Shown here: piece by piece, positions 24,421 to 38,320 of the stretch
Layout: each line of letters opens with the position of its first letter
How positions within the stretch are numbered: position 1 is the first letter of the stretch
Assembly (NCBI RefSeq): GCF_009914755.1
Contig: NC_060927.1
Source: the human T2T-CHM13v2.0 reference genome, Homo sapiens
Direction: 5' to 3' (one strand)
DNA length: 64,000 nt
Notes under the pieces: generated by a model
The model's database searches: none
What the model was told of the DNA's origin: nothing
The model's input: the letters and a program-made list of their open reading frames with translations, nothing else
Translations under genes and position numbers: made by a program

Positions 24421-24495
24421 TTTTCCAGTGTTCTACACATTCAGAGAAACTTTCTAATAATAAACTACAGAAGTGATCTCTGAAAGTATAGTCTT
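24421..24495 (-). pseudogene. U3 snoRNA 5' fragment (nt ~1-75), 5' part of a U3-L1 chimera
   Basis: Reverse complement AAGACTATACTTTCAGAGATCACTTCTGTAGTTTATTATTAGAAAGTTTCTCTGAATGTGTAGAACACTGGAAAA versus recalled U3 AAGACTATACTTTCAGGGATCATTTCTATAGTGTGTTACTAGAGAAGTTTCTCTGAACGTGTAGAGCACCGAAAA; first 16 nt identical, roughly 85% overall by eye. Confidence 0.9.
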
Positions 24496-26889
24496 CATGT
24501 TGAAGTTTAACTGCCAGCATGACAGTATTGGAAAGTGGGGCCTAATGGGAGTTGTTTGGGTCATGGGGCCAGATCTCTTATAAATTGATTAATGCCATCT
24601 CACGGGAGTGAGTTCTCACTCTAACAGGACTGGATTAGTTACCATGACAGTGGGTTGTTATAAAGCAAGTCAGCCTCCTCGGTCCCCTCTCTCTCTGCAC
24701 AAGCCCCTTTCCCTTCCAGTTTCCTCCATGAGTTGAAGCAGCACAAAACCTTTATCAGATGAGCTGTCCACTCTTGCACTTTCCAGCCACCAGAATTATG
24801 AACCAAATAAACCTCTTTTCTTTATAAAACATCCAGCTTCAGTTATTCTGTCGTAGCCACACTAAACAGAATAAAACTGAGGAAACTGGGTACAGAAGGA
24901 AGGGGAAAGAAGTCTAGTTCATTGAATGTTTTATAGGCAATAGGTAGAAAATAAAGAATACCATTAAAAATGGACAAATCGGATAGTAAATGATTAAGAC
25001 AATAGGGACCACAGGCATTTTAAAAAGTATAAATTGAAAAGCAGCACCTAGAACAAAACTATAAACCTTACCAAACACGAAAAGACACTTAAAAAAAACC
25101 AGAAGGACAGAAAACAATGTAGAAAAAATGAACACAACAAATATAATATACATAACTTTGAAAGATATGGAAGAGTTAAAATGTATCAGTTATAAATAAA
25201 TGCAAATAGATTTAACTTAGACATTAAAAATATTTGCAATTTGGCTCATAAAGACCCAAAAATATGCAATATTCAAGAAAGACACCCAAAACAAAGTGAT
25301 TCAGAAAGGCTAAAAATAAAGTGATGGGCACAGACAGACACAGCAGGATAATGAAAACAATAAGGAATTAATAGGAGGGTATGTGTGTGATACTGGTGTC
25401 AAACAAAGGAGAATTCAAACTAAAAAGTAATATATGATGGGTAGGAAACCTTTAAATGTGAGAAGTCATAATTTAAAATGGAGATATTAGAATTATGAAT
25501 ATCTAGTCGACACAGCACAGCAACTTTATAAAAGCAAAACCTCCAGGAGACAGCAAAGAAAGAGAAAGAACCACACCAAATAGGAGATCAAACAGATAAA
25601 ATAAGTATATAGAAGACAGAAACAGCAAAATAAAGACAGATTTTTAAATGCATATCAAACTTTTTACAGTAGAGAGTAAACCTTCTCAAGTATATATAGA
25701 ATATTCACAAAAAAACTGGTCATACATTAGCTTATAAAGTAGAAATTTTACAATGCTCTCTGACTATAATGCAATAGAATTATACATTATTAGCAATAAC
25801 AAAGAAAGGTCCTTCCAATTAGAAATAAACCTGTTAAACAATTATTGGGTAAAAGAAAAACATAAACCAAAGTTTAAAAATTCCTAAAAAATGATATAAT
25901 TGACCCATATTAATCAGTGATATCATTCTTAAGGATGTGATCAAAGTAAAATTCATAGGCTTAGATATTTTTATCAATAAAAATGAAAGAAAAAGTGAAT
26001 TAAATGCCTAGCTAAAACTAGCAGTTAACAAAGTAAAAAAAAAATTTTAAATCATGAAAATAGAGATTAATAATGTAGACAACAGAAAAACAATAGTTCT
26101 AATAAATCAAGATTCATTTTTTGGAAAAATTTAACAGAATAGGCATGCCCCTAGCTAATTTAATGAAAAAAGAGGGTGGGAAGCATAAATATGTAAAATA
26201 AGAAATGACAGGAGGTAAATAACTATTGGAAAAACACTGAAATAACCATGTTAATAACTGTAAGATTCTATTTTACAGACATCATGGCCAATATATTAGA
26301 TCACCTAGGTGAATGGGTAATTTACCAGGCAAGTACCGTTTATTACAATTGGACCCATTAGAGGTAGAAAGCTCAAACAGACCAATTTCCTGAGAAGAAA
26401 CAGAGAACGTCATTAAGGAAGCATCCTATCAAAAACGCACCAGGCTAAAATAGCTTCACAGAGTGAAACCTTCAAAAACTAGATTGTTCAAATTCTCTGT
26501 AAATTTTTCCAGAGAACTAAAAAGAAAGGAAAACTTCATATTTCTTTTTATTTGTATGTATAGTATCAATACCTAAGCCTGATAAAGAAAATGCAAAGTA
26601 AATTACAAATTAATATCACACCAATATTTATGCAAAAATACTAATAAAATATTAGGAAACATAATCCAATGCCACATTAAAAGAATGTCACATCATAACC
26701 AAGAGATACTTATTCCAACAATGCACAGTTATTTCAATATTAGGGAACCCATTAATATAATACACTATACCAATAGATTTAGGTAGAAAAACCATATCAT
26801 TACCTCCATAGATGCTAAAAAAGCTTTTCAACAAAATTCAATAGTCTTTCTTGATAACAACACTTAATGGAAATCAGTGGATACTTCCT

Positions 26890-27290
26890 ATTATGGACCA
26901 GATACTGGTACGCCCCCCAAAATTAATTGCTGTTGAAGTCCCAACTCTTAATATGACTAGAGTTGGAGTTAGGCTCTTTAGAGAGGTAATTAAAATTAAA
27001 TGGTTTTAGTTTTCCTAAGGTGGGGTGCTGATCCAACAGGATTAGTGTACTTATAAGAAGAGACATAAGAGAACCTGCTGTTTCTCTCTCCTCATCCCTC
27101 CAACCTCGTCATGTGAGGACACAGGAAGAAGGTGGCCATCTACAAGCCAGGAAGAGAGCCCTCACCAGAAACTGAATTGCTTGGCATCTTGATGTGGGAC
27201 TTCTAGCCTCCAAAACTCTGAGAAAGTAAACTGCTGTTTTTTTAAGCCACTCGGTCTATAGATTTTGTTACGGCAACCTGAGCTCAGACA
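26890..27290 (+). mobile_element. MaLR LTR (MLT1A-like) inserted in old L1
   Basis: MLT1 motifs (GTGAGGACACAG, GCCATCTACAAGCCAGGAAGAGAGCCCTCACCAGAA, GACTTCTAGCCTCC). Confidence 0.8.
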
Positions 27291-28559
27291 CTTTAAATTT
27301 CCACTAAGATAAGGAACCCGGAAAGGATGCTCACTCTCTCCACTACTGTTTAACGTAGTCCTGGACTGGAGGTGTTAGCCAATACAATTAGATAAAAGAA
27401 TCAACCATAGGCATAAGAAATGGAAAAAAAGGAAGTAGAACTATCTCTATCTGCAGATGTGATTGTGTATCTGAAAATCCCTAGAAAGTGAATGATAAAA
27501 CTAACTGAAATAATTTTAAAAACTCAGTAAAATAGCAGAAAAAAATCAACATACAGAAATACAATCTTCACATAATTAGGAACCCGTTACAGGATATAAC
27601 AGCAAAACAAAAACACCTCCATCTCCATTGCAACAAAGCAGATAAGATGTTAAGGATTAAGTTTAACAAAAAATGTGTAAACCCTACATGAGAAAGAGTT
27701 TAAAACAATCCTTAAAGACAACAAAAGTAGATGTGAAGAAAGGAGAAAAAAAAAGAGCTCTTGGTTTTGAACTTAAGATAACTCAACATCATAAAGTTAA
27801 TTTATAAACAGCATAATGTCAATAAAAACACCAACGAGCTTTTTTGTGGAGTTAGATAAGCTGATACTAAACTTCACATGGATAAACAAACAGGAAGGAA
27901 GACCCAGGAAAACACTAAAAATGAACGTTTCTGAAAGGAGACTAAGCCCTATCAGGCATTAACACATACCATAAAGCCTCTGAAAGCCTTTACAAAACAG
28001 TCACATTCTGGTATGTGGATAGATACATCTGTGGAGTGCAACCCAAAGTCCAGAAATAGACCCAAGCACATACAGAACTGCAGTATATGATAAAGGCAGT
28101 ATTTCAAACCACTGGGACAAAGATAAACTTTTAAATGCATGGTGATGGGGCAAGTGGTTAGTCATATGGAAAACACAATGAGATCTATACTTCATGCCAT
28201 ACAAAAGAAAAAAACCCCGATGTACCAGGGATCTAAATATAAAAAATGAAATCATATAATCCCACTATGAAAAAAATGGGTAAATTTATCTTTAGTTGGG
28301 ATATAGGAAGAAGCTTTCTAACTAGGACTTAGAATCTAGATGCAATTTAAAAAAAGACTAATGAATCTAACTATAAATACATTTTTAAAAGTTTGCATGG
28401 TTGAAAAAAAGTAACATAAACAAAGTCAAAAGACAACTGACAAATTAGGAGAAATTATTTGTAGCATATACCACTATTATGTTTATAGACTAATATCCCT
28501 AAAAGATAATGAGAAGTCCTAAAACCTGAGAGAAACAAAGACCAATAAAACTTGACAGA

Positions 28560-28687
28560 TGGGCAAATGGTGTGTGCCTGTCGTCCCAGCTACTCAGGGG
28601 GCTGAGGTGAGATGATTGCTTGAGCCCAGGGGTTTGAGGCCAGCCTGAGCAATATAGAAAGACCTGTCTTTAAAAATAAAAAAAAAC
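28560..28687 (+). mobile_element. Alu monomer (FLAM-like)
   Basis: GTGCCTGTCGTCCCAGCTACTC...TTGAGCCCAGG...CCAGCCTGAGCAATATAG. Confidence 0.8.
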
Positions 28688-28722
28688 TTGACAGAAAAAC
28701 GGGCAAAAGACAGGAAGAGATA

Positions 28723-28754
<32 letters not shown>

Positions 28755-31613
28755 GGCCGTCAACATATGGGAAAAAACAGTTCAATTTCACTCATAGTAA
28801 GAGAAATGCAAATTACAACTATACTGAGCACTATTTATCATTATCAATTGGCAAAACTTAAAAGATATGACAACACACTTTGTTGGGAAGGCTGTGGAAA
28901 ACAAGCATTTTTATGCTATGGAAATGCAAACTGGTATAACTTCCAATTTAGCAATGTCTAACAAAGTATATAATTTACCTTTTGACTCAGCAATCACTTC
29001 AGGAATCTACACCAAAGACACCTCTAAGAATACAAAAATAGTTTGTAACTGTAAAATATTGAAAGCAACCAATACAACCATTCATAAAAGAGTGATTAAA
29101 TAAACTATGATACATCCACATGATGGAGTTCTATACTGCTATAAAAAGAATGAGGACTATCCTACAAAATGATGCACGGTGATTTCCAGAAAACACTGAT
29201 AGGTAGGGAGAAAGCAAAGTACAAAAGAATATTGAAAGAATGTTAAAGTTCGTATAAGAAAGGAGAAAACAGAAAATATAAATGTCATTTGTATAAAGAA
29301 GTACGGAAAAGATAAAACAAACACTAATGCAATTGGTTAGCTACAGGGAGTGAGTGGAGATGGGGTTAAAAGGAAAGAAGAAATGCACTGTAAAGGGGAG
29401 GAATGTCACTTATCTACCTTTTTGTACAGTTTTAACTTTGAGAATCATGTTAATGTTTAACATATTCAACAAAAGAGAAAGAAAACCAACAAGGATAAAG
29501 AAAAAACCTATAATGGAAGATGAACAGAAAGAAATGAACCAAACCATATTTCAAATGAGTAACATAACCACATTGAAGGGCAGGTGGTGGTGGAGTAAGA
29601 ACCAGCCTAAAGAATTTTTTAATGTAGTATTTAGACTCTAAGTCCTCAGGTACGAATTCTAGGTAGCAGGCTTCTTTCAGTTCGAGTCATGGGTTAGCAA
29701 TTCTAAAACTATTTTCTGGTTATAGCACTGAACAAGTAAATACATTACAGGTAATGGGAGCAAGATTTCTCACTGTCAGAGAAGTGAGTTAGAAAGAAAA
29801 ATAGGAAAAGGATAGAATGAACCCTATAATGTTGCATTAGTATTAAAGGTATCAGCATAAACTCATGCTCTTTAATACAGGCAGATAAATATAAAAAGAT
29901 ATAACACAGGTACATGTATATACATATGTATATACAAATGTCTATTTACTAAATCTATTTGTTGATAGGCATATGGTAGCTCATTGGTCTAAACCTAGCA
30001 ACCAGACATTGATTTCTAATACCATTCTCCACTAAAAAGAACCAGGGTTCCCTGAAGAAATGGCTGATTCCAGGGCTGGAACAGGGCAATCACAAGATAA
30101 ACCTAGAATATCCTGTGCCAGAATATAAAGAAGTACTCAAATAATGATGAGGACATCACCAAAGGACATAGGAGCTAGCGTGAAGAGGCTCCCACTGGAG
30201 ATTTGGGACAATCTGAGCACCAAAATAATGACAGGAAAGGGTGATAAGTGATGGCCTAACACAGGAATCCATTGACTTCACACTGATATAAACAAACAAA
30301 TGGGAGAGAAGGGAAAGATCCTGTTTTTAGTATGAAAAAAAAACCTAATAAATACAGAAGGAATAATGAAATTAGAAAATAATAATTGATTCATACAAGA
30401 TTAATATGTCCCAAATCTAGTGGGTATAAGTTTGATGAGTAACAGGATATTTCCAACATTTCAAAGAGTCTCCCAATCAGACATGTATTGGTTATGAAGA
30501 GCAGCATAGTTACAGTGTAGAAAACTGAGAGACATCACCTTAGCCAAAATATCAAAGTTAATAGCACCAGAAATGGGACAAATCAATCTCATGTGCCATG
30601 ATATGATACACTGAGAACAGCGCATCTGTGGTATTCTTGCCAAAAGTCTGTCACTGGAATCTAATAATGAGGAAGCATCAGACACACATCCCACGAAATC
30701 ATTAGCCCATATACTTCAAATGTGAACATCAGAAACACAGAGAGACCAATGAACTCTCTTCTCCTTTAATGCTTGTTTTCTAAAGGGGCACTGAGAAAAC
30801 ATGATATAGGGGGAAAAAAAAAGATTCAGTGACATTATCCCTGAAATCCTGATGCCCACAATGTATTTGTTTCTATCCTGTAATTCTCTGCAGACCTATC
30901 TTAACCAGAATGTTAAATGACTATTCTTGAATTATCTTTATTTCTCTGCAATACGTTAAGAAACTTTTCTACCACTAACCATAGGCTGCTACCAAATGGA
31001 GGACCAGTGGGTATACGGTAGGTGTGATGGGGGAAGGGTGGGTACAAACTGAAGCCCAACAGGAACCATCATCACTCAGGCCCCTTGACCTTTCTGCAGC
31101 TTTCCATTCACCCATGAGGAGAATAGGAAAAAGCAATGGAAATAAGGGAAAGCTGAGATTTATTAAATACCTATTACACACCAAACACTGCAAAGTATTA
31201 CTTCTTTTAATCTTCAGACCGTACAGAAAGTGACTATGAAGTCTGGGCAGGTTCAACACTTTGTAGAAAAAGGACTCTCAACAAGTAACTCCTGGAGCTT
31301 TGACTAGAATTCAGCGAGCAATTTGAAACCTGTGCTCAGAATCTTCCCCACGCCACTCTTCCACTCTACCAACAGTGCCACTATGTATTATCTAAATATA
31401 TAATTCTCTTGTTTTATTTTAACATAACCACTTTTCTTTATAGGAATTTTCAAAATTACACAAAAGTAGAAAGAAGAGGGTGTAACAATTCCCATCTGCC
31501 CATTACTCAGCTTCACTAATGTGCCCTTGTTTCTCCTATCCTTCTCCCTATTTCTGAAATACTTAAACATAAATCCTAGACATTTGAACTTGAGAATGTC
31601 TCTAACAAATTAG

Positions 31614-31954
<341 letters not shown>

Positions 31955-33275
31955 TCTGATAATCTTAAAAATAATTTCTTTCAGTGGTTAGCTTGAATCA
32001 AGATCCAAGCAAAGTCTACATATTATTTTAGGAAGATATGTCACAATGTAGAACAGTTACCTTCCCCCTCCTCCTATTTTTTTAAAATGCTATGTATATG
32101 TTGAAGAAACTAGGTCGTTTGTTCTACAGAATTTCTCATATCCTTAATTTAGTCCTTACACTCAGTAGAATGTATTTCTCTATCTCCCTTATCTCCTGTA
32201 AAGTGTTAGAGGGGTGACCAAACTGTGGTTCACTTTTCCTCACTGTTGCTTAAAGAATGCTCAGGTGGTACTGTCTGCTCCCTACTGCATCTGCAGGAGA
32301 CATCTACTATCCAGTTATCTTCTATTAGTGTTAATATCACAGTAAGTTTTTCTACATCCTCAGGCGATTTGTGTTCCTAAAACTTTGTTCAACACCATAT
32401 ATTCATGCAATACGCACGTGGTGCTCAAACCACCAGGTTAATCAAGAAGTGACTGAGAAGCACCAAAGTTTATCAATCAGCAGCCTGGGAGATAGGGCAG
32501 GAATTTTTCCTCTGGTAGATAAGAGGCCAAAAAAGTAAAGAAGAGATGAAGGATTTCACTAGAGATGGAGAGGAAGCCAGAGGATGAACATAGTATGGTA
32601 TTTAAAGAACAGTATATTGGATTCCTATTATAGTTCTGAAGGATATTTTACACACTGGAACCAAAAAATGTTTCTAAATAAACTCACAGAGAATTCCTAA
32701 TTTTATAATGTTAGTTCACCTAAAAAGCCTTACAAATTTTTCCACCTTTCTTGCTTAAGAAAGGTACTGATGCCTAAATCAAAGGTTTTTAAACGTGACT
32801 GCAAGAGATTTTCCCAGGAAGCGTTTAAGATACTGAGGCCTGGGTTCCACCTAATCAATTCTGATTCAACTGGTCTAGGATGGTAACTGGGTTTATGGTA
32901 TTGTTTACTACTTAGGTGGCTCTAATATGCAGCTATAATTGAGAACCACTGCTCTTAATCAAGAACAACAACAATGGCCACTACCATTTACTAAGCATAT
33001 ATTATATCTTAGGTGCTGTTTACTTTTCTAAGCACGTTACACATACTAGTTCATTCCCTGTATTTTTTACAAGAGAAAAAATGGAGAGGTCAGGTAATCT
33101 GGCCAAAGTCACACAGCAAGCTGATGAGAGTTATGCTTTAATCCCAGGAAGTTTGGATCCAAAACCCTTGTTTTTAATCACCATGCTATACTGTCTCCTA
33201 AGCATTAATTATACTTGTATTCTTCAATTGCAAATAAAACTATGAAAGGAAAACATTTTTAAAAATGAGATAATT

Positions 33276-33593
33276 GGCTGGGTGCAGTGGTTTACGCCTG
33301 TAATCCCAGCACTTTGGGAGGCTGAGGTGGGTGGATCACCTGAGGCTGGAGTTTGAGACCAGCCTGGCCAACAGCCTGGCCACCATGGTGAAACCGTCTC
33401 TACTAAAAATCAAAAAAAAATTAGCCGGCTATGGTGGCGAGCGCCTGTAATCAGGTACTTGGGAGGCCGAGGCAGGAGGATAGCTTGAACCCAGGAGGCG
33501 GAGGTTGCAGTGAGCCAAAATTGCGCCATTGCCCTCCAGCCTGGGCTACAAAAGCAAGACTCTGTCTCAAAAAAAAAAACAAAAAAAAAAAAA
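33276..33593 (+). mobile_element. Alu (AluS-like) about 260 nt from the exon 2 donor
   Basis: Dimeric Alu with an internal short duplication CAGCCTGGCCA x2. Confidence 0.95.
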
Positions 33594-33853
33594 CAGAGAA
33601 TTAACTTCCTCCTTCTTAGTAGTACAGTGGCATCTTGGGCAAGGGTACCAATATGTGCTTATTAGAAAAGTAAATAAAGTAAACAGACAAGAATCTTCTC
33701 TTCCCAAAAGATTCAAATTCAAAATTTTTACACATATTCAATAATTTCCCACATAGCACCTTACACTGCATGGTTATTTAATGTTAATATCAAAAAAATA
33801 CATCATTGAGACAATGATGTATTTACATGTACATTTACAAAAAAAAGTCCTAC

Positions 33854-34081
33854 CTATTTCAGTTCTGCTGACTCCAATTCCATTATAAATTCTCAAGTAA
33901 TTAAAGTGACAAGAATCAGAATCTTCAATGTCAAAGTCACCAAATTTGATGCGAACTCTCTCTCCCATCTTTACACGGATCTCCCATTCACAAACAGTGC
34001 TGTTGGGATAGGTCTGTGGGTAGTTTATGGATGTAAGGGTTCCACTCTCAGGGCCTAGTACAGTGTGTCCACATCCATCAC
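33854..34081 (-). CDS. DCBLD2: DCBLD2 coding exon 2 (CUB domain N-half: [76 protein letters not shown])
   Basis: Acceptor ttttttaaag|GTGATGGA, donor GAAATAG|GTAGGA; 228 nt; in frame with exon 1; typical CUB motifs (CG, S-NYP--YP, CEW-I, F-DFDIE, C--NYL-IY). Confidence 0.97.
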
Positions 34082-34732
34082 CTTTAAAAAAAGTGAAAAG
34101 AATGATAAATTATTCTCACATATTTTACTTCCTCTATAATGATTTTTTTGTGAAGATTTAAAAATATGCACGACATCAAATATTTTATACCACCCATACT
34201 TTCTATTTTATTTTTTTTAATGGACAAATAATTGTACATACTCATGGGGTTCACAGTGATGTTCTGATACATATGATGTATAGTGATCAGATCAGGGCAA
34301 TTAGCAAATGCATCATCTCAAACATTTATCACTTGTGTTACCTGAAACTACATAATTTTGTTAACTATAGCCATCCTGCAGTGGTAGATTCCTCCTATCT
34401 AGCTGTAACTTTGTATCCTTTAACAAATCACAAGACCTGACATTGTTCTTAGTATATCTATTCACAGGAGGCAAGAGAAGACAAGTTAGGTCAAAATAAT
34501 CAATGGTTACTTATATAATTTATAAGTTCAAGGAGATTTCAATTCTGAACAAATAAAAGTAAATATAAATTAGTAGTCATTAAATATACATATACATGTT
34601 ATAATAAATCCAATCTTCAAAAGAAGAGCAACTTAATTGTTCAAAAAGTGAATGTAAAATATAGAAATGTGGTCAGCTTCATCTATTTACAAATCATGAA
34701 CCAAAATATCTGTGAGAAGCTGAATGGAAGCT

Positions 34733-35532
34733 CTTTTTTTTTTAACTTTTTAAAAATTATACAAGTTCTGGGGTACATGTGCACAATGCGCAGGTTACAC
34801 AGATATACATGTGCCATGTTGGTTTGCTGTGCCCATCAACCCATCATCTACATTAGGTATTTCTCCTAATGCTATCCCTTCCCCAGCCTCCCAGCCTCTG
34901 ACAGGCCCCAGTGTGTGATACTCCCTTCCCTGTGTACGTGTGTTCTCATTGTTCAACCCCCACTTATGAGTGAGAACATGTGGTGTTTGGTTTTCTGTCC
35001 TTGTGGTAATTTGCTGAGAATGATGGTTTCCAGCTTCATCCATGTCCCTGCAAAGGACATGAACTCATCCTTTTTTATGGCTGCATAGTATTCCATGGTG
35101 TATATGTGCCACATTTTCTTTATGCAGTCTATTACTGATGAACACTTGGGTTAGTTCCAAGTCTTTGCTATTGTGAATAGTGCCGCAATAAACATATGTG
35201 TGCATGTGTTTTTATAGTAGCATGATTTATGATCCTTTGGGTATATGCCCAGTAATGGGATGGCTGGGTCAAATGGTATTTCTAGTTCTAGATCCTTGAG
35301 GAATCGCCACACTGTCTTCCACAATGGTTGAACTAATTTACACTCCCACCAACAGTGTAACAGCATTCCTATTTCTCCACATCCTCTCCAGCATCTGTTG
35401 TTTCCTGACTTTTTAATGATTACCATTCTAACTGGCCATGAGATAGTATCTCATTGTGGTTTTGATCTGCATTCTCTAATGACCAGTGATGATGAGCATT
35501 TTTTTCATATGTTTGTTGGCTGCATAAATGTC
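34733..35532 (-). mobile_element. L1PA 3' end, 5'-truncated
   Basis: ORF2 C-terminus ([12 protein letters not shown]) plus 3'UTR and polyT; direct repeat GAGAAGCTGAAT at 34714-34725 and 35533-35544. Confidence 0.9.
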
Positions 35533-38079
35533 GAGAAGCTGAATATTTCTAAAAACACTATGTACGAAAGATTATGCAGATTACTGACTATTACAGACTA
35601 CAAGGCACTCCTTCTTGAAATTATTAAAGCAATATTTAATGAAGTTTAATTCTATATTTACTGAAATTTAACTTTTTAGTAGTTCCTCCCGCACACCTTA
35701 TTTTTTCCCTATAGAATAAGGAGAAGTAAAATTAAAGATTTGAAAAAATGACCTTTATATATTGGCAGCAGCATTATTTGCTCCAGAAATTTATTCAGCA
35801 GCTAAATACAGAAACTTAGTTAACAACATGTTTGTAAAAATGAAATATTTGCATTCTTTATCATAAAGTTTGTATTTTGTTTTTACTGAGCACCCAGAAG
35901 GAAAAATTAATGTTCATTTAGGAGTTTCAGCAGCTGCTCCAACTGTACTGTTCAGCATTCCATAACAATAAGATTCAAATAAATCTCTTTCTAGTAGGAT
36001 GATGAATATATGCTTTTAAAATAACAGCATTTTGTCCTTCAAAACAGTTATTTATAAATCACCTTTTGGAACAGTACAGCACTTACACAAAAACTATATT
36101 AAAAGTGACACTGCTGAGTTCTAAACTCAATATGGACACAGAGGGCTGTAATAGAACTTTCTACTATGTTGATTATTTTTAAGAACAAATGTAGTGCTAA
36201 TATTTGCTAGAAAAGATGAAAACTTTCAAAAGCCTATGAATAAGAACTTCACGTAGTTTTTAGTAAGTGGTGGATGCTAAATAAATGTTTATTAATTGAA
36301 TAAGGAAACTGTACATTAATCTATGAAAAAGTAATTTCAAATTAGTCTCAAAGCTAACTTTAATGATGGAACAACTTTGTACCTAAATTCTTATGATAAT
36401 ACTTAAAAATCGTATCCTTGGCTGATAAAGAAATTTTATTGTTGAATCCATATTAGTATTGCTCCTTAGTCTACTTTTAAAGGTCAGTACTAGAAATCTG
36501 GCTTTCTGAACAAGTATCTCTCACACAAAGCTTAGTTTTTAATCAACATTAAATTTTAGCTATCTTCTATACTTGCTTTCATTTCATACACAAGAACTAG
36601 GCATAGCAACTCAGTAACACAAAAATATATAAGGGCAGAATGTAATAAACGTGGATTTCTGTGCAATATATCCACTGGTCTTTTGCAAATATAAAATGTA
36701 GGATGTTACACAGTCCATAAAAAAAAAAAACCACAAATTTCCCCTGAAACTGGCATGAAAATACCTTGAATATCTCTGCTGGATATCAGCTAAATTAAAA
36801 ACATAGGGATATAAAAAAATCTACTGTGAAAATAAATGAATTGTAAGATAAATAACTCTTAAACAATCACTAACATTTTTCCTCAGAGGAAAAAACTACC
36901 ACCCTAAGACAGAGTTCCTAACATTATAAAACTAGTCTGAAATGCCCTTACTACTGAAAAGATGAAAACATTCTTCCTGTAGGTGGTTCAATCTTCATAA
37001 AATAACCACTGAATAAACAAAGTAACTCAAAATATAAATGCACGTTCTTTAGTAAATAGAAAACAAAGGCAGCTTTTAAGGTGATTGAAAGTGTAGATGA
37101 ATTTCAGAAACTCAAGTATTTTCTATTAACAGCTGAATCTACGACTTTGTAGTGGCAGATTGTCACACTTAAGGTATTCCCTGTAGGCTATTATTCAACT
37201 TACGGTTGTCATTTAAAAATGATTTTTACAAAGAGTACACGCAGAGTGTTAGGAGTAATTTTTAGGTGTCTTATGCTCATGTTTGATTCTCAATAAATAC
37301 ACGAACATTTACTGCCCTTTCCAACATGAAGGATAATTTCTACAAAAGTTAACAAAAGAAATACTAACTGATGAAAAACAGGACTTTTGCATGCATGCTG
37401 ATGAAGAAAATAATTACAGAGTTGTCTTTTTTCATAACCTTGTGTAGGGGGAGGGCAGGAACAGTCCACAAGTAACGTGCCAAGAATGTTCTAAAATATG
37501 TGATGGAGTTCAGAGCTTCCTCCTCTTGCAAGCAAGATGATATGCACCAGAAACTAAAGTTAACAACAGGTCTCCAATCTACAGCAATGAACAAATTTGA
37601 ATGCTTTGTATCTCAAAAAATATTTGACAAGTTTAACCTGACTGGATAAATAGCTTAACTAAGCACCTACTGCTATGAAATATATGTTCAGAATACTCCA
37701 GTTCAAAAGGGAAGGCTAGACATATACATTTTTTTTTGCTTATTCCAAAAGAAATACCGTTTACATCGTGACCCTATACACTCTCGCATGCACGCTCATG
37801 ACCCACTAAAGTATTTCATGACCCCCTAATGTGTCCCCAACTGCAATCTGAAAAACACTGTGCTAGGTATGCAAAGGTCTTAACATTGAATTTGCAAATC
37901 AAGGAAAGACCTCGTTCTCATTTTCACCCCTAAATTAGAAATGTGTTTCCAGTTTATTTTTACAGTTCTTAAAAGTAAAGCCTATTCCACCAAGATACTT
38001 AAAATACGACAAAATATTTAAAAGTAGAACTAAAATTGGGAAAACATTCTTGATCAACCAATTATGTAATACACTTAGA

Positions 38080-38320
38080 GCAGTGATTCTCAAAAGGTGG
38101 GTTGCAGGGCAGAGGAGAAGAGGACCCCACAGAAGCAATTTTACCTCCCATTTGGCAGTGTCTTGAGACAATTTTGGTTGTCACAACTGGAGGGGGAGGG
38201 GTGTTATTGGCATCTAGTAGGTAAAGGCCAGAAAAGCTGCTAAAACATCTTATCATGCACAGGAGGTCCCTCAGAACAAAGAATGATCAACCTTAAAAGT
38301 GAATAGTGCTGAGGTTAAGT
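38080..38320. mobile_element. MER20-like hAT element
   Basis: CAGTGATTCTCAA...GACAATTTTGGTTGTCACAACTGG...GGCATCTAGTAGGTAAAGGCCAG...AATAGTGCTGAGGTT. Confidence 0.75.

Larger units (their letters stand above)
20687..24880 (+). mobile_element. MaLR LTR (MST-like) split by the U3-L1 chimera (pieces 20687-20737 and 24496-24880)
   Basis: TGCTATGATTTGGA...TCTCATGTTGAAATT start; continuation with AATAAACCTCTTTTCTTTATAAA and an MST-type 3' end. Confidence 0.8.

Noticed and set aside
29915-29936. Perfect 22-bp palindrome TGTATATACATATGTATATACA
   Set aside because: Low-complexity TA/CA repeat, expected by chance; similar tract near 55190
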